The position numbers were made by a program, and so were the translations under genes. A DNA stretch of 63,843 nt, filler included, from Dugesia japonica (Eukaryota): the NCBI GenBank assembly GCA_001938525.1. It is 7 parts of 7 records of this genome, joined end to end, with 100 filler letters (N's around TTAATTAATTAA, not from the genome) between each part and the next. Parts side by side here need not be neighbours in the genome. Positions count along the whole stretch, not along the records: positions 1 to 10,125 come from MQRL01635563.1; positions 10,226 to 18,849 come from MQRL01615406.1; 5 more parts are not named here. One strand, given 5' to 3'. Below, piece after piece: positions 1 to 13,518 of this stretch (the stretch's first letter is position 1; each line of letters starts with the position of its first letter). The notes under the pieces are model-generated. The model was not told the DNA's origin. It did no database searches and saw only the letters and a program-made list of their open reading frames with translations.

Positions 1-291
1 TTATTATTATTAGTACTCTGCTACTGTTTAAATAAATTTCCAAAATAATAGGCTCCCACTATATCTAAAGTGATATTCATTTTTTGTATTTGCCTACCTT
101 TTAGAATGGATCATATTTTATATCCTTCTAAAAACATTAACCAAAAGCTAGCTAAAAATATTCTTAAAAAATTTAAAGCTGAGACTAATTGGGAAATATT
201 ATAGGTAACATAACATACAAATTATAAATGATTGAGAATATGGATCAATAATAGAAACAAATTAAATCTCATAAAGAAACAATAAGTTTAC

Positions 292-3200
292 CATCAATTT
301 ATCAGATTGTAAGCTCTGTTCATTTTCTTTCTCACAATTCTTCAATTCACCATTAATGATATCTAAAGCATTCTTTTGACTGATCACACGAGCATCCAAT
401 TTATTATATTCTTCAACAATTTCGTTCATCAAAGCAATAAAATCATCAATATCTTCAAATGTTTTTACAAATAAATTTTCTACATCAATTGTCACCAAAT
501 CACTAGTTGAAACGTTTTCAGAAATTAATGCTTTTTCCAATGAGAGAAGAAAATCTTTCATGGTAACTTTACTTTCCAAGTCTACTCTTTTGCTCTAAAT
601 ATTAATATTTACATATAATAATAGCTAAATGAAATATTATGAAACCTGAAGGTTTTCTAGAGTACCACTTATTTCCGAGTAATTAATATTTTCCTTCTCT
701 AATGATCCAAACTGCAATTGGATATCATTTAAATAATTATACAATTCCTGTGAAATTTCAAGTGCTTGTTTATATTTATCAGAAATGTCCATAAATCGTC
801 GTTGAGATTCATTAATCAACTCAATGTATTGAATGACACTAGTTTTTCTGTCTCTATGAGTACACTGTTGATCATCAAAATCATTGTTAATCAATTTCAT
901 TTGTTCTTCCAAGTTAAAAATTCTTTCAATTAGTTCGTTTCCAGTTTCTAAACCACCTATTAAATTTTCCAATGCTTCTTTTCTTAATTTAATTAAATCA
1001 GGAGCAAGACTTGATTGTTGTGTTGAATTCTGAAGAGCTTTAATAGATTCTTTCAACCAAGTTTCTTGTTTCAATTTTGTTTCATCTAAATTTGATTTCA
1101 AATTTTCCACAATTTTCATCAATTTTGTTTCCTCGTCGTTCAATAACGTCCTTAGTTTTCCATCGAAATCTTCTAAATTATCCTTCAATTTTACATTCTC
1201 AGAACAATGGATTTTCTTTCCCAAATCGATAGTATCTTGTAATAATTTGAAACATATCTCTCCAATTTTATTTAGTTTTTTACAGAGAATTTCAGAATGT
1301 TTGTATTTATCCACACAATCAATAGATTTAGGCGATGGTTCATTAATTAACTCTATCAGTTGATTCTCTAAATTTAAGACCTCTTTCTCTATATTTAAAA
1401 TGTTTCCTATTAAATTTGTAAAATGTTTTCTAGCTTCAATAAGTTTTTCACTACCATTTGAAATGAGTTTTTCAAAACTCGGATTATCTATAGAAATTGG
1501 TTTCACAATATTTTCAAATTCTTTTTCAATGCAACCCAACATTTCATCAATTTTTGTAAATGAAATGTAACCATTATCTTCAACTAAAAATAAATGAAAC
1601 ATTTTCAATTTCTCCATGATTTGATTTAAATTGTTAATAGTATTTTCCTTTGCAATTTTTTCTTCTAATAGTAAGTTAATTTTCTTTTCTAACAAATCTT
1701 TTGACTTATTAAGATTGTCTGATAACATTTTTATTTCACTGATATGTTGTTGTTGTTCATGACAATACAGACCTTCTTTAACAAGGCGTGTTTTTATTAC
1801 TGATAACTTAGTGATTAGATTTGTTAAGTCATTTAAATAAATTTCCAATTGATCTCGATCATTTATATTATCAATACTTTTGTATTTTATTGATTCTTCA
1901 ACTACAGCCTCTAAATCTTCAAATAATCCAAACAAAGTTACTGATTTTCTGTCAATTATATTTTGTATTTCCAAAAATTCCTTAACGACTTGAGATTCCA
2001 TTACTTTCAATTCAGTTTTAGTATTTTCTTTTAGAGAATTTTCAAACGAATTCATATGTATTTGAATTGAATCGATTTTTTCTTTAATTTCTTCTGAAAA
2101 TTCTTCAATTTCTTTTCGAAATAAACATTCCTTTTCACCGCTGTCAATATCGATTAGTCTTCGAATACCATTTTTAATATCATTGAACTGAGTAAGCAAT
2201 TCATTTTTTTCAATTAAAATATTTTCTTCATTATTGAGAGTTTGCAGAAAATTCTCTGTTTCATTTATCCAAATACTATACGAATGACTCAAGTCAACAG
2301 TTTCTTGACAACAAATTTCATTAGATAAATTATTTTTTAAATTTATCAAATTTTCCAAATATTCCTTCAACGATTTTCTGAGTTCTTCAATTTCATCAAT
2401 TGTTACGAAATTTCCTTCGATCCATGTACTCATTTTATGAACATGATCTATTCGTCTTATTTCATTTAATTTCAAATTTTCATTCAGACTATTAATAACT
2501 TTTTCAATTTGATTTATTTTCACATTTTCCATTTCAATTTCTTCCTTAAATTGTTCAACATTATCTAATTCTGTTCCGTTTTCTTTCACTATAAAATCTA
2601 TCAAATATTTAGCCTGGGAAACATAATTAATTATATCTTTCAATGATTTATCACAATTATCACCATAGATTATCTCGAATATTCGATGAATTTCGTCAAA
2701 TTGCAATTTTATATTTTCCAATTCAATTTCTCTTGATATTCTACGTTTTATATTTTCAATTTTCAAATCGATATCTTGTTTTACAAACAATTGATTTGTA
2801 CTTTCTTTAAATTTGTTATCAATGATCACCCCATCTAATTCTGGACATTGGAAATGATTTTTCAATTCTTCTAATTGTTGTTTTTTATCTTTACTAGTTG
2901 ACATATTTACCAAAACATTGTTTAGCTTATCTTCAACATCCTCGACCAATTCTGACGTTGTAAATAAAATATTTTTATTATGCTCCAGTTTAATTAAATA
3001 ATCATCAAATATATTTCTAATATTTTCTGACATTGATTTACAGTCAAATAAATTCTGAATGATATCAACGAGAATTTCAGTATCTTTCCATTTCACTTCA
3101 AGATCTTCTAAAGAATTTAGATGATTTTTAATTCTATCCAATATAGAATCACTGTTTAGATTTTGATCACCACATTCTACTAATTCCTGTAAATTTTTAG

Positions 3201-6200
3201 CTTCAGTTTTACATTTTTCCAATTCTTCAATAAATTGCTTTCTTATTTTTATAGTTTGTAAATTTTCAGAAATAATTTTAGAATTGTTTAATAATTTATC
3301 AATATTTTCTATATCGATTAATTTCGATTTTTCCAATTCAATTCTATCAGAAGAAATATATTCATTGGAATTATCAGGTTTTGACAGTTGATTCTTAGAT
3401 TCTAATAACTGATTTTGAATGTCAATAATAATTGTATCATTTTCAATATTCAATTCCAAATCGTTCTTTATATTTTCTAGATGAGCTTTATGAGAGTCTA
3501 TTGTTAATCTATTTGTTTCGTAAATCGATAAATTCTTATCAAAATCATCTTTCATTTCAACGGATATTTGGTGTATTTTATTTAATTGTTCATTGATTTT
3601 ATTGATTTTACTCGAAATTTCTTCAGGTAAAAGAAACTCTGAAAAAATCGGATTATTCTCTATTTCATTATTTAATTTATTCATTTGTACTGTTAATTCA
3701 TCGATTCTTCTGTTGATTTCTTCAATTTTTAAAGGTGATTCTACAGAATATAACCTTGTTGTTAAATTATCGATTTCATTTTGAAATTTATCAAGATTTG
3801 TATAAATTATTTGCAACGAAGTTTCTTTTTCTTTCTCTTTTTCAATTTTTCTATTTAACAANNNNNNNNNNNNNNNNNNNNNNNNNNNNNNNNNNNNNNN
3901 NNNNNNNNNNNNNNNNNNNNNNNNNNNNNNNNNNNNNNNNNNNNNNNNNNNNAAAGTTTTCATTTGTTCTTTTAATTCATTTAATTTATCTAGCTTCGAT
4001 TTTAAATTTTCTAAAGTTTCAAGGTTAATACTATCAATCAATATCCCATGAAGGTCATTTATTTGATTCAATTCTTCCTCTTTTTCTTTAATAAAGTTAT
4101 CAGTACTTTTTTCAATAACCATCAAGTTTTCCATTAAAGAGTAAACATTATTGATTTCTGATTGGCATAGCTTTGCATTAGAACTATCAAGAACAGAAAT
4201 TTCTTCAATTATTTCTTTCAATTTCTTTATTAAATTATCATTTTCATTTATGCATTTTAATATGTCACTTAAATTCATTGGATCATTTTTTTCTTTTGAT
4301 TTATCGAGTGTGTTTTGAAAATTCAATAAAACATTTTCTTTAATAGTTTTAAAATCACTCAACAAATGTTGAACTTTTTCTTCAGTATTTCGGATTTCTG
4401 TTTGCTGATTTTTAATTTTCAAAATAAAATTTTCCAGTTGTTTTATTACGTTTTTACATTGTTTGCATAAATCATGGATTTCAGAAACATTCAGTGAATT
4501 TCCACAAATCTCAGCATCATTATGAATATTATGAATATTTTCAATTAAATTCTTTATTTCTTCTAATCTGTTATTAAGCATTTCCATATTGGAATCAAAT
4601 ATAGATTCTTGTTGTTTAAATTCAATTTCATCCGATAATTTCTCGNNNNNNNNNNNNNNNNNNNNNNNNNNNNNNNNNNNNNNNNNNNNNNNNNNNNNNN
4701 NNNNNNNNNNNNNNNNNNNNNNNNNNNNNNNNNNNNNNNNNNNNNNNNNNNNNNNNNNNNNNNNNNNNNNNNTTTAAACTTTTTGATTGTATTTCAATTA
4801 GTTGACCAATATCTTTATTGATTTCTACAATCAATAATTCAATATCATTTACTAATGAATGAGAAGATTTAAAAATCGAATCAAGATTTTTGGAAATTCT
4901 ATTAGAAATCGATTTCACCTGTTCAGAAATATTAATCAATTTATTTTGCAAATTATTAAATATCATTTGTTTTTCCATTTCAATTTCCAATCTCGAATTT
5001 ATAGAATCATTAAAATGACTGATTTTTCCATCGATTATTTTTGCTTTGTTAAGAAATTCATCAATTTCATCAAATTTCGGATAGATTTTATTGATTACAA
5101 ATCCAATCAATTTATCTAAATTTTGGATTTTCTCTTTTTTGATTTTCAATAATTCCAATAAATCGATTTTTGAATTTTCAATTGGTTTATCTTCTTCATC
5201 TTTTATTAATTCATTATATTCTTCAATTATCTCATCGATTTTTTTATTTCCTTCTTTGATTATTTCAACAATTTCATTATACTTCTCTTTGAAATTATTC
5301 AACAATAACTCAATAGACTTTATAACAGGTTCACAAGTTACACTTTGTTTTAAATCAAAATTTTCAATCTTTTTCATGGTTTCATTTAAAATTATCAAAT
5401 TTTCTACTGAATTTTCCAGTTTTAGTTTCATTTCATTAATATTTGATAATGTTTCGTTTTTATCAATTTGTAAAAGAAAATTTGATAAACTTTCAATTGT
5501 GAAATTTTTAATATCATTAAAATTCTTTATTAAACTATTCAATTGATCTTGATCATCTTTAATTTTTTTAAATTGTTTTTCAATGTCTTGACTCATTTTT
5601 TCTAATTTATCAATTGTTTTAATACATTCATCTAGTAAACTTTCTATTTCATGAAATAACATAGATTCTTTACAGGTTGCTATTTGATCCTTAACTGCAT
5701 TGACATTGTTTAACATAATATTGATTTCATCAAATCTTTTGTTAAGTACTAATAAATCCATTTCGGAAATTAATTCATGCTCCAAAAAATCGATTTCATC
5801 AGAATATTTATTTAAATTTTCTCTACAATTTTGATATTGATTGAGTGATAAAATTATCGGATTAATTAGAGTTTTCGTGGAATTTATACATTGATCAATA
5901 TCTGCTGAAATAGCATTTTGTGTTACGGTTATTTCATCATTGAAAATAGGACTATTAAAATTGAGATTGTTTGATTTAATTTCTATAATTTCATTTATAC
6001 TTTTCTCTACGGTTTCTAGAGATAAATTTATATTTGAAAATAATGAATTTTCATTATGAACAGCTTCTTTTAAATATTCATTATTTTGATTGATTTTATT
6101 AATTATTAATTTTACATTTTCGTAAATTCTTCTCAACTCATCTTTAATATTATGGAAAATATTTTGATTTTCTATTTCAATTTCTATTCGGCAATTTATC

Positions 6201-9200
6201 CAATTATTATTTTCACTGATATTTACAGAGAGCACTTGAGCTTTATTAAGAAAATCATTAATTTCTACAAAATTTGGGTAGTTATTATTTAATATTTCAC
6301 TGAGTTGTTGATCTAAATTTTCAGTATTTTCTTTCATTATTTCTAAATCCTTCAATAAATCGATTTCTTCTTTGTNNNNNNNNNNNNNNNNNNNNNNNNN
6401 NNNNNNNNNNNNNNNNNNNNNNNNNNNNNNNNNNNNNNNNNNNNNNNNNNNNNNNNNNNNNNNNNNNNNNNNNNNNNNNNNNNNNNNNNNNNNNNNNNNN
6501 NNNNNNNNNNNNNNNNNNNNCTTTTCACAATTTAAAATTGATTTTGGATCTAAGTTAACGATATTATTTATCATATCTTTCATAACATTTAGATTATTAT
6601 CAGCGAAATCTAATGATTTCTCAATTGTTTCGAAATTTAAAATATCCTTCTTTTCATTGATTTTTGTATTTATTTCTACCAAATGATTGGATGTAGCATT
6701 TTTTATATTAATGAAATTAATTAAAAGATTTTGTAATTGTTCGTAGTCATCTTTTACTTTCTTTTGCTGAATTTCAATTTCCAATTTCATTTGATTTAAA
6801 TTTTCTTTATTCATAGCACTTTGATCAAATAAATCACAAATCTCTTGAACATTAATTGAGTTTCTACAAATTTCTAATTGGTTCTCAACATCCAAAACAT
6901 TACTCATCGTATTTTCGATTTCTTCTAATCGTTGATCCATATCTAAAATTGGATTGTTTTTTAAATAATCAATATCTTCAGTACATTTTTCGACATAAAA
7001 TCTCAAATTTGGATATTTATTCAACAAATCATTAATTGGTCCCAATGATGATTGCGTTGTGTTGATACAATTATTGATATTTTTCGATAGATTTGTTTGA
7101 ATGAGTGTAAATTTATCATTGAAAATAGGACTAACAAACGATAGATCATTGTTTTGAATTTTGAAAATTTTTTCTAAATCCATTAAAATTTTCTGCATTT
7201 CATCTTCAATATTATTTATTGAATTTTCAGGAGAAACTATTAAAATTTTTAATTGATCAATTGATCTATTAATATTATTAGAAATCAATTCCAATTCCGT
7301 ATTTAAATCCATTAATTTACTGTAATTTTCCATTGTAGATTTTATTTTATCTAAATCAACTAAATGTTTTTGTTGTTTTTCATCCAATTTATTTAAGAGT
7401 TTTCCATCATCATTTAAAAATTCTTCATTGATTTTATATTTAAAATTATCGATTTTATTTAATTGATTTTGGACATCATTCATCGCTTGTTTAATTAAAC
7501 TTGAAATGTCCTCGTTTTGAGATAGAGATTCATTCGTTAATGAAATTGTCGAATCACATGTTTCGATAACTCTATTAACCAACTCAATTTTTTCTTCATA
7601 ATTCTGATAATGATTTGATAATTTCAACTTCAAATTTTCAATAATATTATCTAATTCTGCAAAATTTTCATTGGGAAAATTAATTTTACAATTTTCTAAT
7701 TCAGATACTTGACAGTTCATTTGTTCTTCAAGTTGTTTTAATAATTCATAATTGTTTTCAATGACCTCTTTATCACTGTTTTCCCAACAAACCTTTTCAA
7801 ATTTATCGAGATATTCATTAAGACTACTTGTCAGTTCTATCCGTTGTTTTGTTAGTTGATCAAGTTTCTTTTTCTCTGTAGTAAATAAATGAATGTTTTC
7901 TTCTACAATAGTCTCGGTTATTTTCAATTCATTTTTCAAATTTTCAAATCTATCTTCAATGATTGATGACAAAGTCATTTGATTTCTTGAGAAATTTTCT
8001 TTCAAAATTTCCAACGATTCTTCTAATGGTAAAATCTGTTTTTGTAAATCGACAATATTTTTTCTTTGATTTAGTAATTGATTTTCATTATCTATCGGTT
8101 GATTTTTTATTTCCTTTTCAAAATTACTTTCCAAATTACTCAAATTTTCAACAAATACTTTACAATTTTCCATTAAATCGATTTTAGCAACACATAATTC
8201 TGAAATTTCCAAGCAATTTTTCAATGTTTTTTCAATTTGTTTGATTACTTTTTCATGAGATTGACAATTTGGAAATTTTTCCAGATGATTTTTGGATATT
8301 TCAGTATCGGATTTAATGGTTTCTAATTGTACTAAAGACGATTGTAGAAGAGAAATGATATCGTCAGCATATAATTGATTATCTGAATTTGTAATATCAT
8401 CAAATAATTGTAAACTAATACTATTGATAATTTGATTATTGCGCTCATTTTCCTGTTCGATTATTATTCCAAATTTCAAATCGATATTGTGATTAATATT
8501 TGTAATTTTGTCTTTGACAATATCGATTCCGGGATAAATATTAAAATTTTTCAAAAATTCTTTACCTTCTACAGGAATTATATCAATTAATTCAATTTCT
8601 TCAATTTTTTCTGTTGATTCATTAAGAATATTTTTTAATTCCAACATTTTTTCAATATTATCCATATTTATAAATTCAGTGGTATTTTCCAGATTTTCTA
8701 GTTTCGATAAATAAAAATTGATTTGATCCATTTTTACTTTATAATTGATTTCTACAGTTTGCATTATTGAATACATTTTGTCTAGATTTTCTATTGATAA
8801 ATTAGCATCTTTAAGTAATGGAACTTGGTCTTTTAATAGATAAATACAATTTTCTACAGAATGACAAAGTGGATAGATATCATTGGCAATTTCACAACAA
8901 AGTTCTTTCCATTTTTTAATGTCTTCAAGGGATTTAATATCAAATATACTCTGCTCTAATATATTCAGATTTCTTTGGGTATTTAATAAATTATCTGCAA
9001 TTTCTTTAACATCGGATTCATTAAAAATTTGATTATTGTCTTCATCAAAACTAGAATGAGCTACAACGATTTTCCTTAGGTTTTCATCTAATTTTTCCAA
9101 ATTATTATCAATTGAATTTTGGCATAGGTTTTTCTCTTCCAAAAGAACTGATTTAGCTTTATCAAGTGGAATTTTAATTATAGATTGTTTGAGTTCAGCA

Positions 9201-9870
9201 ATATCTGTTTCAATATTCAATACACAGTTTGATAGAATATTCTGAACAATTCCGATATTTAATTTCTTCACCGCTTCTTGTTTAAGTTCATCTAATTTTT
9301 CGAACTTTTCTTGACAAAAGTTTGACAGAAAATCTGTATAATCACGACTAAGTTGAGATTCATTTTGAGACTGAGTATTATAAATGAATTCTATTGATTT
9401 CTGAGCTTGAAGAAGTGTAGGATTCAGCATTTCATTTGATTTGATAATGTTCGGAACGATTGTTTCTTGTAGGTTTTCTACTGTCGCTTCTAAAATATCG
9501 ATTTCTTTTGTTATTGACAATCTTGTATTAATTAAAAATTTATTGTGTGTTAACACTTCAATTGATTTTGATTCAGCTAATTCACAGAGCTGTTGAATAT
9601 TCTCAATTGTAGGTAAAACCATATTGGCAATAGTTGGGTCTTTCAGTTCTAGTTCTGTGAATTTCGATTTAGTATTTTCTACCAGTTCTCTGTACATTTG
9701 TTGAATTTGTTCTACAATTCGTTCTTGTTGTCTTAGTTCCCCCAAAAAAATGTTTTCTTCTCCAATCGATATTAAATCAAATCGCTTAATTTGCGATTGA
9801 AAATCTCTAATCTTTTCCGTTTCATTTTCAGCTTCTTCTTTGAGTTTTATTGCCTGCGAAATGTTTGATC
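292..9870 (-). CDS. Internal exons of a giant coiled-coil / spectrin-repeat-like protein (nesprin/ANC-1/spectraplakin-like; family not resolved)
   Basis: ORFs 4628-9904 and 637-4587 join across the N gap 4646-4771 (…EKLSDEIEFKQQESIFDSNMEML…). Inferred exon 9870-646 (acceptor ttttag at 9871, donor CAG|gt at 645), 51-nt intron 595-645, exon 594-292 (SKRVDLESK…DKLM|gt). Over 3000 codons rich in E/K/N/I/L heptads with internal repeats. No CH or KASH domain visible. Confidence 0.8.
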
Positions 9871-10125
9871 CTAAAAATGTTAGCAACATTAAAAATGGAT
9901 TCAATAATATCTAAATTTTGACATTTTTATGTNATTATTTCTTGCAATACTTTGTTCTTTTGTATTAGCAAAAGCTTATAAAATTAATCTGAAATTCTAA
10001 TCGACAATTTTTTATTTACAATAATTTAAATGAGTATAACATTAGTATAAAATAAAATTTTATTCGAATTTTGGTGAAAAAACTAATAAAAATACCTTGT
10101 AAAATGAAAATATAAAATAATAATA

Positions 10126-10225
10126 NNNNNNNNNNNNNNNNNNNNNNNNNNNNNNNNNNNNNNNNNNNNTTAATTAATTAANNNNNNNNNNNNNNNNNNN
10201 NNNNNNNNNNNNNNNNNNNNNNNNN
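10126..10225. other. Artificial contig spacer N44-TTAATTAATTAA-N44
   Basis: Identical 100-nt structure with a six-frame stop linker; occurs six times in the window. Confidence 0.97.
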
Positions 10226-11179
10226 CGCTTGCAAATAGCCTTGCCAACTTATGTACCCCTTTTAAAAAAGGTTTGTTCTTAAATCGTAAGTATTAACACG
10301 GGATGTATCACATAAATTATCCACTGTTTCATATTCTAGCTGCACTTTGCTAATTTTCAAAAGAATCCTCTCACAGTAAATTAGCAATAATATTTTTGTA
10401 TTATTTGATAGCGTCATAGTATCTAATAATATTTTTCGAGTTAAACAAATAAGAATTATAAACTATTTTATTATAACTATATCTATAGTTAAAACTAAAT
10501 AAATAAATCGGGCTTTTTATGGTATGGATTACATGTATTAGTCATATAATAAGTCTTCTAAATATTTTATTGGAATTTTCAGTTACTTATACAATAATTC
10601 TCAATTCTTTGACAATTTTGGCAAACTGTTATTTTTCATTCTGTTACCTATTAAATTATGCTTATTATTAGTCATTATTATTCTAATATTAGTGTTATTA
10701 TTTATTGTGAGTTTTGTTACTGTTCGCTATAAAAGTATTAGTCAAAATTGTATTATTTTAATATTTTTTATAATTATAAATTATAATGATAATAATTATT
10801 ATTGTTATTAATATTCTTATATCCTTAAAGCAATCATTCAATTTCTTTTATGAGAGGTAGGTTGTTAAGCATTTTTTTCTTTTCATGTGTGACAGTCTAG
10901 CATCAATATGCGGTGACAGCAATGAAATTAGATAAATATCAACAGTTAAAATACAAAAGATTAAAGTTAACTAGTTTATTAAATATTATATTATAAAATG
11001 AATACAATGAATGTAAGATCGAACGAAAATAAAGAATTGTAGAAATTTAATTAAACATATTTATGCTAAAATTGTAATACTATAGTTGGGTGTACAAGAA
11101 CTTTGTTGTCGTTTTATTTAGAGTATAAAATTTAATGTGAATTCTATTATGTTATATGCTATATATTAATGATATAAAT

Positions 11180-11621
11180 CAAAGGTCTCAAACCCAAATG
11201 ATCTCTTGGGCCGCATTAAATAAAATTCGGTAGTCAACAGACCGCACTACTGCTGTGACTCACTATAACACTTCGTGCAACTCTATACAACATTACTAGT
11301 AATAGTATTATTAATAAAATCTATTATATTATATCGAATTTGTAAGGTAAATCTTACAAAGATAATTTATTCTTGAATAAATTGATCATTTTAATCATTT
11401 TCTATTGGCTTAAAATCTTCATAACCATTTCCTTATAGCATGCATATAATATATTAAAACATTAAGTAGGATCATTATTGCACACCATTGAAATATAATT
11501 TTTAAATACTATTTCAATTAGAAGCTATAACTATTTACAATCAAAGTAAAGCTGTAATTGTTGAAAAGTAATATTTGCTAGTCGCAATGAAGCATTGTGG
11601 GCCGCGTATTTGTCACCAATT
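11180..11621. mobile_element. Non-autonomous hAT (Charlie-like) MITE
   Basis: Left end CAAAGGTCTCAAAC…GGGCCGCA, right end GGGCCGCGTATTTGTCACC; 8-bp flanks ATATAAAT / AAATAAAT resemble a TSD. Confidence 0.5.
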
Positions 11622-11826
11622 AAATAAATATGCTATATATTATACTATATATTACAAAATGTGGTGACGACTTAAAAATATATTTGTTTGTACATATTTA
11701 TATATTGTATTGATCATGAACATTCGATTAAATTAAAACAAAATTTAAATTCATAATATTTTTAATAAATTTGAAAACATATTGGTTGTTATAAATTTTT
11801 TATTAATTAATATTATTATTAATATC

Positions 11827-11874
<48 letters not shown>

Positions 11875-12989
11875 TGTACAATTTTCTAAAAATATCAAAA
11901 TAGAAAATTTAGAAAACATTTTCCATTCCTATTCATTTTAAGCAACTAAAATAATAATAATTTATTATATTTTATTAGATTTTTTATAAAAAAAAATCAA
12001 CCGCAATAAGTACAAAATGATTTTTATTTTGTACAATGGATTAAAATTAACTTTTATTGATAATTTTAATTGAAAAAAATTTTTTTTTAAAAAAAAGTGA
12101 AATATAGAGAATTTCAAGTTAAACTTGAAATCGGGGCAATTCTCAGCAAAGTGTTAATTTCATTGCTAATTAAACAATTCAACGATGATCTCTGAATAGA
12201 AATGACNGATATAATTATGAAAACTATACAAATATCCTCAATACATACAAAATAAACAATCAATGCCAAAATGATGTTCAATTTATTTTTTTGGCATTAA
12301 GGATCGAAATTAATCAAGAGAAATTATTTTTTTTTATTTTCCATTTATCAAAATAATGCATTTCATTAGCGGATTTATTTTAAAAAATAACTAATTGAGT
12401 ATTTATTAATAGTTAATTTTTAAAATTAATACAAATAAAAAAAAACTGAGTCCTGTAATTTTAATTTTGAAATTTAATAATAAATAAAATATCATTAATC
12501 AAACAATTTACATTTCTCTATTCAAACAAAATATTCATTGTATTATCTAAAAGTAACAATAAATCAATTTGAATTTTCTTTGAATTATCGAGTATTTATT
12601 CAATAAATACGGTTTATGTATCTAAGATATTCTAATAATAGTGAGAACAGTTTGAGATTTTAACAATAGACATTCTTTTCATTTGGATGTTTAATGCGAT
12701 TTTTTAAATGTACACATAATGGTTAACATAAGCTAGAAAACAAAAAAAAACGATAAGATCTAAAATTCTGTAGAATAGTATTGTTATTTAATTTAATTGA
12801 CTGCAATTCATTCATATATGGAATACAATTATGTTTTCATATTTATAAGAGAAATAAACGTATCATTTTCATTTACATTCATGTTTATTTATTCTTTTAT
12901 TTAGTTTTCTCCAATCTGTATTATTTTTTCAAATGTCTAGTAACAATAGTTTTAATAATAATATAATTAACATTTGAATAATGATATCG

Positions 12990-13033
12990 AATTTTAATAA
13001 TACTAATAATACTAATAATACTAATATTAATAC

Positions 13034-13095
<62 letters not shown>

Positions 13096-13145
13096 NNNNN
13101 NNNNNNNNNNNNNNNNNNNNNNNNNNNNNNNNNNNNNNNNNNNNN

Positions 13146-13210
<65 letters not shown>
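12990..13210. repeat. (AAT)n microsatellite with gap; similar tracts at ~11810-11875, 37325-37420, 40690-40870, 50498-50564, 52572-52606
   Basis: Direct trinucleotide repeats. Confidence 0.95.
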
Positions 13211-13213
<3 letters not shown>

Positions 13214-13518
13214 GTTGAACCAATGTCAAAATTACGAATCTAAATAATTTTTAAAAAAAATTCTGTTTGATAAGTTTGAAATTTATTCGGGTATTGAGTC
13301 GTTATATGGATATAATTTAAATAGGTCTCATCGTTCGAAAAAAATATAAAATTTTAGCACTTTGTAAAATGGATTAATTAAAACTACTACTGAGTATATA
13401 AAAAAGAATTCAAAACAGTATAAGTAGATGAATTTGTTACATCCTAATATTAGGTTTCCTCTAGAGGAGGAAAGTATTGATATTTTGTTCTTGATCTTAT
13501 TCAAAATGTATTAAAAGC

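Noticed and set aside
4587-4771. Two separate large genes or a programmed frameshift
   Set aside because: The frame change coincides with an N gap of estimated length; the protein repeat continues across it.
3593-8187. Plus-strand ORFs overlapping the giant gene
   Set aside because: Antisense shadows of a biased-codon coding strand.
10170-10181. TTAATTAATTAA palindrome recurring every ~9 kb as a possible biological periodic signal
   Set aside because: Always centred in exactly 44+44 Ns; a six-frame-stop linker added when concatenating contigs.
12111-12131. 10-bp perfect inverted repeat ATTTCAAGTT-A-AACTTGAAAT
   Set aside because: Short, AT-rich and isolated; plausible by chance.
12921-13229. 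Poly-Leu/Ile/Tyr ORFs (also 40655-40912, 50442-50786, 52334-52704)
   Set aside because: Translations of (AAT)n microsatellites and N gaps.
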